From Tubulanus polymorphus (taxonomy: Eukaryota > Animalia > Nemertea): 64,000 bases of DNA. This document shows positions 40,270 through 52,088 of the stretch, piece after piece (the stretch's first letter is position 1; each line of letters starts with the position of its first letter). The translations under genes and the position numbers were made by a program. The DNA is taken from positions 4,618,600-4,682,599 of the forward strand of contig NC_134036.1 in assembly GCF_964204645.1 (NCBI RefSeq), read 5' to 3'. The notes beneath the pieces are model-generated. The model saw only the letters and a list, made by a program, of their open reading frames with translations. It was not told the origin of the DNA and did no database searches.

Positions 40270-43200
40270 TATCAGGGATTTTGCGAGTGAAAATGGCTGC
40301 ACATATAAACGTTAGTGACAGGGGAAGCTCATGTAGAAGAACGACAGAACTAGCGTGAAAATATCCCAAAAAATGAATTCCGTCGCCAAGTGTAGTAGCT
40401 TGTACTCATACAAGGTAACATGTTAATAGACAGACGAACTCAAATAACCGCCGCAGAATCGACGCCAGAATTCGCTCTCAGATGAAGGTACAATATCTTA
40501 AAAGATCGAATTCATCGACCAATTATCGCTAGGCGTCGTTGAACAGTGCGGATTCGTTTTCGGTCGATGTTCGATTCACAGAAAGACGAAGAAAACGTTG
40601 TATCGCCGGGGTTCATCGAAAGAAATTCGGTTTTACAATGTTCGATTATCTCTTTCCATCCATCGATTCTATTTCGAAATAGTAAGTATGTATTGTATAG
40701 CTCAATTTTTCGTCACCTGTGGCCACTTTAGATTCCAGTTACTGACATTTCTGTTCGATGAGCGATCATCGAGAATATTGATGAACAGATAAGTGATAAC
40801 TGGCTGATAAACACGAGCAGCTGTAATAGCGAACTTTAAGTAAAGAGAAATGCATTCAAATTCGCAGCGAAATTCAATACAGGCTGACGACCATATGTTA
40901 TCTACACGCTCGTAAAGGCGAAATATTTTATTATTCAGAACGAATATCCAATCTATTGAGTGATATTTTATAATGCATGTATGAAATATTGCTGCATTAA
41001 ACGTTGTACATTACAGGATATATAATAATGCAACACGGCCGAACTCGGAGACGAATACCTTTTTTTTGTTAATTAATCGTCCCCTTTTTCAATGACCTGC
41101 GCGCAGCGTGCATAAAACCTTATTATAGAATTAATAGACCGAGCCATTTCAAATCTTGCCAACTAATACATTTTACACGAGTAACCCGTCTCGACTTATT
41201 TGTAAACATGTCTAGATCCATCGTTATCCATGACATCTTATTAAATCAGTTTTCATATATTTTGTTTCTTCTCACTTTCCACTAATTATATTTAATGGGC
41301 AATGAATTTAATATGAAATTGATAATAATGCGAAGGTATAACAGTTTATTTCGTGATAAATGCTATAACCACCGTCCGGACATTTCCACAAAATGTCGTC
41401 GATTGTTGCAAAGATAGTTGCACAGCATACTAGTTACATCGAGCTTTCAGTCTTCGCTATGTCGATTATCTACTAGTTAAGTCTAACCAACTTTCGAGCA
41501 ACTGGCTCCTGGTTCCTGGGGAGTTTCTGTTTCTCATGTTACTCGCATGCCAGGTTTGGTCCCGGCTCTTTCGGTTGTCCGTCGGTTATCTTTCATATTC
41601 TATTTTAAAACCTATTGCTATTATCGTTACTAAACATGAACGTGCAAAAAGGTTCTCTCAATGAGGAATCATTTAGAAATCATTTTATCTCATTTAGAGA
41701 TCATTTTATCTCTATACTAATGGGAATTCAGGGCTAGAAAATAGTCCCGATACGCCCCCAACTTGAACACCTCGGATTTTAAACGTTGAATATTGTCATT
41801 CTTCGGCTGAATTCCAGGTGGCTGATTTTTGGTCAAAACTTTAGAGGCGTGTAAAATTGTTTATCGGTAATTTTTGTGTAATTCACAAGCTGAGCCCTTT
41901 AACTGAGGTACAAACATGAGAGCATGCGTTTTACAAAATGGAAATAAAATTGATCTCTTATCGCCCCGGTTTTGGTATTTGTGTTCAAGTCTTAATTCGA
42001 ATGAAAGGAATTTCAAATTAGGAAATGTCGACGATATTTAAATCTCATTTTGCTGGGAGTGGTAAAAATGTATGATATATCTATATCATACTGTAGAATG
42101 TTGAAGTATAAAACGATTTCAGGGTCAGATTGATATTATCCTACTAAAGAACGGCGGTGACCCGCATTGCCACTGTCCGTTGAAGTTGGTAAAAAAGAGG
42201 TGGCAGCACTGTATGGTAAACATATTTAATGCAAATACATTATATTGAACATGACGACAGTTGATAATGCGGTATAGTCGCTGGAAAGGAATGTTGAAAA
42301 ATGATGGATATTTGGTTTGTAGCACCAATGCTTCATGGCAGGGATGCATGCCTAAACTGGGAAAGCCTGTTTGGGTTTGCAGAAAAAGTGATTGATTAGT
42401 TTTTGGAGATCTCATTACTGGAATTATCTGATATGTTTATATCACACCGTCGAATTTGGAACTATGCAATGGGTCAACTGGATATTATCTCGCTAACTAT
42501 ATTTGGCACTGTCCGTTGAAAATGGCCAAAGCATTGTGATGAACCGATTTATACGGTAGCACATTGTCCTCGGTGTTTGAAAGGAATGATCGATCAATAA
42601 TACACCGATTTGAATTGAACCCATTTCTAGCTGAAGACTATCTCTTTCTGATAGGTTGAGTTAAATGTTTTAATGGTTTTATTTTCAGATGGTTCCTTCG
42701 GCATTCAACCATCAATACCTTATTGCTGCCAATACGCGCTGACTAAACCAAAACATCGGCAGTAGCTTCTACAGACCTTCTAACGATACATGAGTCAGAA
42801 TAAATGTAGCCCATCATCAACATGTACGTTACTACTGTGTGGACCTCCGTAATAACTTATTGCAGTTGCAAACACGAATTGGTGAGTAGATGTTTTAGCA
42901 AGTTGTGTATGTGAAACTTAGGTTTAGCTAATCAGATTTATCACAGGAAAGTCCTCATTAGCATTTCTACTTGAAGTATAAATAGCCTAAGGTTGATTCG
43001 ATTTGATGATGATGTTTAATGGCTGTTATCACTTTTTTTTCAGTTGAGCACTTTTTCCTCAGGATCTGCACTGCTGCCAGTTTGTTGAACCAGTTTGTAG
43101 ATTCCGGACCTTCCTCGTCTCAACATAACCTGATGTCCAATGGGTGCTGACTAAACAAACCTGGCCGGATAGCTGATTCCTGTTAGATATCTACTGTAGC

Positions 43201-43589
43201 TTGGACATCACTTATCTCAACAAGGAAAATATAAACCAAGAAAATGCACAAACAAACATATTTGTAAGTTTGATATCGTATATTTTTGTTGCTTAGGAAA
43301 CATAGGTTCGGTTAGGCAAGGCGAGGCGTGTGGTGTGGATAAGGTTAGGTTCGGTACGAACTCAGATACGGTAGACGCTCAATCGTAATTCGGAAACTTA
43401 GACTCAAACGTAAACTTTTTTCTTTTCAGTTCTCATTAAAAGCGACTGCTGGACGAATTTTCACGATTGAGCTTTGAGCTATTGAGACCCTGACATGAAG
43501 AGCAACTCTTAAGTTTCTAGTGCTGGAGTAATTTTTGTGAGTTAGAAAAAAAAAGTAATAGATAAGTCAATTTCTACATTAAACTCAAT

Positions 43590-46500
43590 TAATCTGTTTA
43601 GGCTTTGAATCCATGAAATGAGTGATTGTTTTCAATTAAACTTATTGTTTTGGCTTTGAATTTTTGAACAAAAGTTATTGTCTTCAACCAAACTCATTGT
43701 TTGGGCTTCGAATCTTTGAAACAAGTTATTGTCTTCAATTAAACTTATTGTTTGGGCTTTGAATCTATGAAATTAGTTGTTGTCTTCAATTAAACACATT
43801 GTTTGGGCTTTGAATCTTTGAAAAAAGTTATTGTCTTCAATCAAACTCGTTGTTTTGGCTTTGAATCTTTGAAACAAGTTATTGTCTTCTATTAAACGTA
43901 CTGTTTGGGCTTTGAATCTATTAAATTAGTTATTGTCATTGATTAGCCTTAGTGTTTAGGCTTTTAATCTATGAAAATAGTTATTGTCTTCAATTAAACT
44001 CATTGTTTGGGCTTTAATTCTTTGAAATTAGTTATTGCCTTCAATTAGACTCATTGTTTAGGCTTTGAATATTTGAAATTAGTTATTTTCTCCATTAAAA
44101 CTCATTTTTTAGGCTTGGAATCTATAAAATTAGTTATTGTCTTCAATTTAACTCATTGTCTAGGCTTTGGATCATTAAAATTAGTTAATATTTTCATTTA
44201 AATTCATTGTTTAGGCATTGAGTCATTGAAATAAGTTATTGTCTTCTATTAAACGTATTGTTTGGACTTTGAATCTATGAAATTAGTCATTGTCATTGAT
44301 TAGCCTTAGTGTTTAGGCTTTTAATCTCTGAAAATAGTTATTGTCTTCAATTAAACTCATTGTTTGGGCTTTAATTCTTTGAAATTAGTTATTGCCTTCA
44401 ATTAAACTCGATGTTTAGGCTTTGAGTCTTTGGAATTGATTATTTTCTTCAATTAAACTTATTGTTTAGGCTTTGAATTTTTTAAAGTAGTTATTTTCTT
44501 CAATTAAACTCATTGTTTAGGCTTTGAATCTTTAAAAGTAGGTCATTGTCTTTAATTAAACGCATTGTTTGGGCTTTGAATATTTGAAATTAGTTATTTT
44601 CTCCATAAAACTCATTTTTTAGGCTTGGAATCTATAAAATTAGTTATTGTCTTCAATTTAAGTCATTGTCTAGGCTTTGGATCATTAAAATTAGTTAATA
44701 TTTTCATTTAAATTCATTGTTTAGGCATTGAGTCATTGAAATAAGTTATTGTCTTCAATCAAATTCATTATTTGGGCTTTGAATCTTTGAGTAAGTTATT
44801 ATCTTCAATTAAACTCATTTTTTTGTGCTTTGAAACATTGAAATTATTTATTGTCTTCAATTAAACTCATTGTTCAGGCTTTGAATCTATGTAATAAGTT
44901 ATTGTCCTCAATTAGACTCATTGTTTTGGCTTTAAATCTATGGAATTAGTTATTGTCTTATATTAAACTCATTGTTTAGGCTTTGAGTCTTTAAAATTTG
45001 TTTATCGTCTTCAATGAAACTCATTGTTATTGCTTTGAAATTTTGAAATTAGTCATTGTCTTCATCTAAATTCTTTGTTTAGGCTTGGAATCTATGAAAT
45101 CAGTTATACTCTTCAACTAAATCCATTTTTCAGGCTTTGAATCTTCGTAATAAGTTATTGTCTTCAATAAGAGTCATTGTTTAGGCTTTGAATCTTTGAA
45201 ATTAGTTATTTTCTTCAATTAAACTGATTTTTTCGGCTTTGAATCTATATAATTAGTTATTCTCTTCATTTAAACTTATTGTTTAGGAGTTGAGTCGTCG
45301 AAATTAGTTATTGTCTTCAATTAAACTCATTGTTTCGGCTTTGAATCGATGAAATTAGTTTTTGTTTTCAATTAAACTCATTGTTTAGGCGTTGAGTCAT
45401 TGAAATTAGTTATTGTCTTCAAATAAGCTCATTGTTCAGGTTTTGAACCTATGAAATAGGTAATTGTCTTCAATTAAACTCATTGTTTAGGCTTTGAATC
45501 TATGGAATTAGTTATTGTCTTATATTAAACTCATTATTTAGGCTTTGAATCTTTGAAATTTGTTTATTGTCTTCAATGAAACTCATTGTTTTTGCTTTGA
45601 AATTTTGAAATTAGTCATTGTCTTCATCTAAATTCTTTGTTTAGGCTTGGAATGTATGAAATCAGTTATACTCTTCAACTAAATTCATTTTTCAGGCTTT
45701 GAATCTTCGTAATAAGTTATTGTCTTCAATAAGAGTCATTATTTGGGCTTTGAATCTTTGAAATTAGTTATTTTCTTCAATTAAACTGATTGTTTGGGCT
45801 TTTAATCTATATAATTAGTTATTCTCTTCATTTAAACTCATTGTTTAGGAGTTGAGTCGTCGAAATTAGTTATTGTCTTCAATTAAACTCATTGTTTCGG
45901 CCTTGAATCGATGAAATTAGTTTTTGTTTTCAATTAAAGTCATTGTTTAGGCGTTGAGTCATTGAAATTAGTTATTGTCTTCAATTAAACTCATTGTTTA
46001 GGCTATGGATCATTGGAATTAGTTATTGTTTTTATTAAAACTCATTGTTTAGGCATTGAGTCATTGAAAAAAGTTATTGTCTTCACTCAAACTCGTTGTT
46101 TGGTTTTTGAATCTTTGAAATAAGTTATTATTTTCAATAGAACTCATTTTTGGGATTTGAATCTATAGAATAACTTAAAGTCTTGAATTAAACTCATTGT
46201 TTGGGCGTTGAATCTTTAATATTAGTTGTCTTCAATTGTCTTCAATTAAATCATTGTTCAATTCATTAAAATCTTCCGGTAAATCATTGTTTGATATTTG
46301 GTTCTTTGAAATTCATTAATTATTTTTTTCAATTAAACTCATTGGTTTAGGCTTTGAATCTGTGAAATTAGTTTTTCTCTTCATTCAAACTCATCGTTTA
46401 CGTGTTGAGTCATTGAAATTAGTTGGTGCTTTCAATTGAAATTATTGTTCGGTCTTTGATTATATAAAATGAGTTATTGTCTCGAATTAGACTCATTGTT

Positions 46501-46858
46501 TGGGCGTTGAATCTTTGAAATTAGTTATTGTCTTCAATTAGAATCATTGTTTGGGCTTTGAATCTTTGAAATTAGTTATTTCTCCATTTAAAATCATTGT
46601 ATAGGTTTTTGTTCATTGAAATTAGTTATTGTTTTCAATTGAACTCATTATTTAGGCTTTGTGTCTTTAAAATTAGTTTTTTTGTCTTCAATTAAACTCA
46701 TTGCTTCGGCTTTAAATCTTTGAAATTAGTCATTGTCTTCAATTAAACTCATTGTTTGGCCTTTGAATCCAAGAAATTAGTTTTTTTGTCTTGAATTAAA
46801 CTCATTGTTTTGGCTTTAAATCTCTGAAATTAGTTATTGTCTTCAATTAGACTCATTG
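43590..46858 (+). repeat. 51-bp AT-rich satellite, ~63 copies (GAAATTAGTTATTGTCTTCAATTAAACTCATTGTTTAGGCTTTGAATCTTT)
   Basis: Continuous diverged tandem array with period 51. Confidence 0.97.
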
Positions 46859-47502
46859 AACGTCAGTTTTTTGCCGGTTCAGTTTAGAAACGACTGTGAA
46901 AGAAGATATATTCATTTTCAATTGAGTGTCTTAATGACATTTGTCCCAGCAATCTTTGATAACGTGATCGTTGAATCAATGAAGGAATTAAATGCGTGGT
47001 TGCGTGTTTGTCAAAATTTACATTACACCATTAAACCTCTTACCCGCCGGAATAATTGGGACTCGAACCCAATGGCGTCTATATCAACTCGTCGATCTAA
47101 ACTGATGTATGTATTGATAGAAAAGTGCATTTTTTGAATTTATTTCTTAACGCGGTTTGTCTTTCTAAATATTTTTCCCTACAACTCCTCAATACCATCA
47201 AAAGTCCTTCCAAAACGGAAAAATGCTTTCGAAGGTGATTGAAACTCTTTTGATTTGAACCAAAATGTTGAAATGGAATCAATACGTAATCGGCAAATGG
47301 CAAATTCTGTAATCTACCAACTTAGATACCTGTGCATAGAATTTCAAATCGTTTTTGTAAGGGTTCCTACGATTGCTATCAAAATGGAAAATGCTTTTGA
47401 AAGTGCTTTGGACCACTTGGAGCTAGTAACATTCAACATCTTAAGTATATCCTGATAACATCTTTCAGTAAAATTATTGCATTCCCCGCGCTAGTGTAGT
47501 AT

Positions 47503-47616
47503 TTATTCAACGATTAAACCATAGCCTAATAGTCATTTTCAGGAATACTGTATTTCTTTAGTTAGTGAAGTTTATTCAACGTTTCGACTATATCCTAATA
47601 GTCATCTTCAGGATTA
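47503..47616 (-). ncRNA. Tandem pair of hammerhead motifs (one intact core, one decayed)
   Basis: 47573-47616 minus reads TAATC CTGAAGA T GACTAT TAGGAT ATAGTC GAAACGTT GAATA, overlapping AATAAA. 47503-47548 is a degenerate copy about 69 bp away. Confidence 0.78.
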
Positions 47617-47827
47617 CTGTATTCTTTGAGCTTGTTTATATACAACGGCCGAATTAATTTAACCCCTGGCAGAGTTTAATTCTACTGAATCGTTGTGAAT
47701 GTAGTTACTGATAATGAGTATCTTAAGTCGACTTTCATTGGCTTTCACCACCGTGACGTCACGGTCTTTTGTCTGAATACGAATAGTCAGCGAATGTCTG
47801 TGAATGTTTACCGGCTATGATCGGGCG

Positions 47828-48020
47828 GACCGGATGGCTTAGTCGGTCGGCGACTAGCGTGTCACCGCTGTGGCCCAGGTTCGAGTCTCGGAGGAGGCGG
47901 GTCAGGATGTGGCAATTGATCTCCGGTAAGCGGGCGAGTCGAGAGTACTGTCCTCCCTGGAATGAGGTTGCTAATGCGTGAGTCCTACAGAATATCTGGC
48001 GTGGGGTAAATTATGTTTAA
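47828..48020 (+). mobile_element. tRNA-derived SINE (head plus probable body)
   Basis: A box TGGCTTAGTCGG (47835-47846), B box GGTTCGAGTCT (47878-47888) and an anticodon-like hairpin AGCG-TGTCAC-CGCT. No good acceptor stem. The 3' end is approximate. Confidence 0.65.
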
Positions 48021-49422
48021 TTCAGTCGTTTCTGGCTGAATTATTTATTTATCCCACAATGCCGGTCCAGGTTGCGGAGTAATTCCCCCAGGGACCTTCG
48101 ACTTTTTTACAATATTAGTTTGTTATTTTAAGTTGATTGGTGAGGGTTCGGGAACTTTTTATTTTTCTTTATTCCTCAAAGAAATTGAAGAAAATCGCAG
48201 CAGGAATCCCGTAGATCTTAATGAGTAGTTCGGTGATCAATCTCCGAGTTCATTTCTCAAGTGATGGAAAAATTCAGGATTTTTTAAAAATTTGCCGGAT
48301 TCCAATCAGAGTAGATGTGTACGCGGCGATGTCTGGTGAACTTGTGTATAACATCGGCTAAAAACGACTATCCAATAGAGAATCACTCACTGGAGACCTG
48401 CCATACGCTCTACTACACAATAGTGCCGCGTGACTGCACACATCCTCAAGCTAAATTCTAGATTCCTGAAGCAAAATTCTGAAAATAGTAAGATTTTGAA
48501 TTTGTGATATAATTCAAAATAAACAAAACAGACAGGAAATCTACACTAAAGTTTGTTGGATAAGTTAGATAGAATTGCAGTATGAAACTTAAAGCTAAAA
48601 TCGTCGCATTCGATATTTTATCTATAACAATATGTGTCCCTATGAATAGTCGAATTAAACTCGACGACCTGTAATCTCCATAGAAAATGCGTGGCACGAA
48701 TTGAATGGTTCTCGAGGATTAGCGTCACGGACTCGGGTTTGCGATAGGAATGCGCGATAGAGCCTTCCGATTGATCCATTCCGGTCGCATCGATGATGCA
48801 ACGTCGCTGATTGGTCGACGCAGGTATTAGAAGCGCGGTTCGAGCCACCCGGTGCCAGTTCGAGAACTGATGTCCTGATGTGAAAGTCGAGCTATAAGAT
48901 CTCTCCAACAAGGCGTGATGAACATGTGGCTTCAAGCGAACAACTTAGAGGTTGATAGTTTTGGTCCTGGTCCTGGTCCTGATGATAGCGGAGGAATTCC
49001 GAGACACCTGGCAATGAGCATAAACTGCTGATTTCCCTGCAGCTGGTACTGATGCAGTTTTCCAGGCTATGGAGAAAGGATTACCAAGAAGAGATTTGCT
49101 GATGAGGGCGAGTTGTATCGCGTCAACACGCGTTTTGATGAGGTTTGTATTTTACTAGGATTTGATGATGAGTTTTAAAATGAGTCTTGAACCAGTTCTA
49201 GTTAGAACCAACTTTGACGTGGTTTTATTTGAAAAACTTATCCGAAATTCTACGTTTGGAATCTTATTTTTGGTTAATTTATTGGCCCTCTGTATTAATT
49301 CCAATTTGTCTCTTCCAATTCGGTTTAAAAATATCTAGATAGCAAACCTTGATTGACATTCAGTTTATTCTATGTTTTAGAAGCAGTGAAGACTTGCAAG
49401 ACTGGTCAATTTGGCAGCATCT

Positions 49423-49753
49423 CTCGAGACGCAGACCCGACAACCATCTTCAAACCATGAGACGCAGACTCTACTCCGACTACCATCTTCAAACCTCGAG
49501 ACGCAGACTCTACTCCGACTACCATCTTCAAACCTCGAGACGTAGACTCTACTCCGACTACCATCTTCAAACCTCGAGACGTAGACTCTACTCCGACTAC
49601 CATCTTCAAACCTCGAGACGTAGACTCTACTCCGACTACCATCTTCAAACCTCGAGACGTAGGCTCTACTCCGACTACCATCTTCAAACCTCGAGACGTA
49701 GACTCTACTCCGACTACCATCTTCAAACCTCGAGACGCAGACTCTACTCCGAC
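49423..49753 (+). repeat. 39-bp minisatellite, ~8 copies (CTCGAGACGTAGACTCTACTCCGACTACCATCTTCAAAC)
   Basis: Near-identical tandem units that produce the 13-aa repeat ORFs on both strands. Confidence 0.96.
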
Positions 49754-50116
49754 TTTCTGTTGTTCTTAAACGTAAATAAAAAAGCATAAATTAAATTGCT
49801 CGACTTTATTGAAGTCTCTTTGCCCGGAAAGGACTCTTCCGCTCTAAGGAAAAGGACTCTTCCGCTCTTAAACTAGCTCGCAGGAAAGGACCCGCCTTCA
49901 CAACTAGCTCAAAGGAAAGGACTCTTCCGCTCTCAACTGTTCGTTCAAAAGCACAAAGGAAAGGACAAACGAAAAGAAATTACAAATCAGTGACTTTATT
50001 GAGGAAGAAACATCCGGAATTCACAAATTCAATTAATAATTTGTTTCAGTTTGTTTGCAAAAGTAAAATTCAACATTTTATTGAATCATCAGCAACCAAT
50101 AAATAAAATAAAATTA

Positions 50117-50178
50117 TGGGATTTGAACCACCAATCATTCGACTAGCAGCCCAGCACCCTACCAACTACGCTATAGCG
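50117..50178 (-). pseudogene. tRNA-like Pol III promoter remnant
   Basis: Minus strand has A box TAGCGTAGTTGG and B box GGTTCAAATCC at tRNA spacing. The cloverleaf stems pair poorly. Confidence 0.55.
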
Positions 50179-50317
50179 ACATATATACAACCCGCAGGGG
50201 AAGTCATATTTATCCATTGCTTAAGCACATTTTATTAAAAAAATAATGCCATCTACCGGGTGAGACAGGAACTAGTTCCTATCTCAACCCGGTAGATGGA
50301 GGGAGACTGAGAGTCAG

Positions 50318-50760
50318 GCAGAGAGCTGGAGAATGAGACAGAGAGCGAGAGAATGAGACAGAGAGCGAGAGAATGAGGCAGAGAGAAGAGAATGAGACAG
50401 AGAGCGGGAGAATGAGACAGAGAGAAGGGAATGAGACAGAGAGCGAGAGAATGAGACAGAGAGCGAGAGAATGAGACAGAGAGCGAGAGAATGAGACAGA
50501 GAATGAGGCAGAGAGAAGAGAATGAGACAGAGAGCGAGAGAATGAGACAGATGCGGGAGAATGAGACAGAGAGATGAGAATGAGACAGAGAGATGAGAAT
50601 GAGACAGAGAGCGAGACAGAGAGATGAGAATGAGACAGAGAGATGAGAATGAGACAGAGAGCGAGAGAATGTGACTGAGCGGGAGAATGAGACAGAGAGA
50701 GGAGAATGAGAAGAGGAGAATGAGGAGAGGAGGATGAGGAGAGAGAGGAGGATGAAAAGA
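50318..50760. repeat. GA-rich ~18-20-bp minisatellite (GAGAATGAGACAGAGAGCGA)
   Basis: Tandem purine-rich units. Source of the Ser/Leu low-complexity ORFs. Confidence 0.95.
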
Positions 50761-51899
50761 ATATGATGGCATATCACCTGGACGTCTTGGTTCCTTGTTG
50801 TTTTCTAATCCAGATTCTAGATGCCTCGAGCAGTTTTACATTTTTCAGTTCAAACACGTATTTATCCCAATAGCAGCGTCAGTTATGTCAGCGTGGACAT
50901 AAAGTTCATTGTAACTGAAGTCAAGTTCTCCCAATATGTGTTCGTTTGTTTGTTTATCCTCTCTGCCCACACATATTTATCCAGTTCATCTGAAGTAGTC
51001 CTGATCAACAAACACAAACAAACGTCAATAGTTCCACCGTATCGATGACGAACGTCCTAAAAATATACATGAAACTTAATAGAATGATTTGAGGCCACCT
51101 ATCAAACATACACAGTTAGAGTTAAGTCTAGTTACCGGTGTATCAGAGAAATGGCAATCTAAGGTAACACCCAAAATGAGGGTCAAATATTTTTTGTCTC
51201 CGATTTCGATGAAATTTATTACAGACATGTATTTCGTGGTGCTGATTACGAATCTGCAGGAATTTATCAGATCCAGGGCTCCCGAAACGAGAAATTCGAA
51301 TTTTTAGGGGGCCCCCCTAAACTTTCAAAAGGCCTTGGACCCCAGAGTTTTCATGATATTCAAAATCTGATTGCAGATTTGGAATCAGCACCCCTGAAAA
51401 TAGTAAGGACTAAAATTTTAAGCAAATTGAAGAGATTCGATTTTTTGGCCAAAAACGGCAAAAATCTAAGGAGTTTTTTTTCGGCGAAAAATTTTTTTTC
51501 TCTGATTCCTTCGAAACTTCGTAAGAAGATGTATTCTGGGATGTAGAATCTGGATCTGCAATTAGATTTTGAATCAGATTTCATCTTCATGGCCAAATTA
51601 GGGTTTCGATGGCCAAAATATGCACCCCAAAAATGGGGTACGAAGTCAAAAATTGTTTTTGCATTATTTTGATTAGATTAGGTAGAGACATGTTTTTTGG
51701 GGTGTTGATCACGAATATGAAATTAGTTTTTGGATCTGAAGCCCCTAGAATGAGAAATTCAGGATTTCTTGTTATGACCCCTAATTTTCGTCACTAATTT
51801 TGAGGAAATTTGGTCCAGAAATACGATATTTTATTTAACCGGAAGGTGGCATAGAACAAACAAACAAAGGAGAAGAAGAGCTAATTTGCATAAACAATG

Positions 51900-52088
51900 G
51901 GGGCTGAGAGAGGGAGATGAGATGTGAGGGAATGAGAGGCAAGTGAGGAAAGACAAGTGAGAGAGTGTGAGAGAGAGGGAGGGAGGGAAAGGGGAAGGGA
52001 GGGAGAGGGGGAGGGGAAGGGAGAGAGGGAGGGAGAGGGAGAGGAAGAGGGAGAGGGAGAGGTGAGAGACAAGTGAGGGGAGTGGGAC
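51900..52088. repeat. Polypurine (GA/GGA) low-complexity tract
   Basis: Almost pure G/A on the plus strand. Confidence 0.9.

Larger units (their letters stand above)
36955..41106 (+). repeat. Segmental duplication, copy D
   Basis: Collinear with 29310-33418. Confidence 0.92.

Noticed and set aside
42120-42600. Possible sushi/CCP-like exon relic (GYLVCSTNASWQGCMPK) with an internal duplication
   Set aside because: The frames contain multiple stops and the cysteine pattern is incomplete. It cannot be supported without a profile search.
43500-43545. Outer TIR of the 10-kb foldback, pairing with ~53585-53622
   Set aside because: There is only patchy similarity in AT-rich sequence and no TSD, so it was not used to define the ends.
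43590-46858. CRISPR array or coding repeat in the 51-bp tandem
   Set aside because: There are no spacers, variation is scattered point mutation, and no long ORF spans the array.
47828-50178. Functional tRNA genes at 47828 (+) and 50117 (-)
   Set aside because: A and B boxes are present but acceptor and anticodon stems do not form proper cloverleaves, so they are treated as SINE or pseudo-tRNA.
50253-50777. Ser/Leu-rich membrane-like ORFs
   Set aside because: They are translations of the GA-rich minisatellite.
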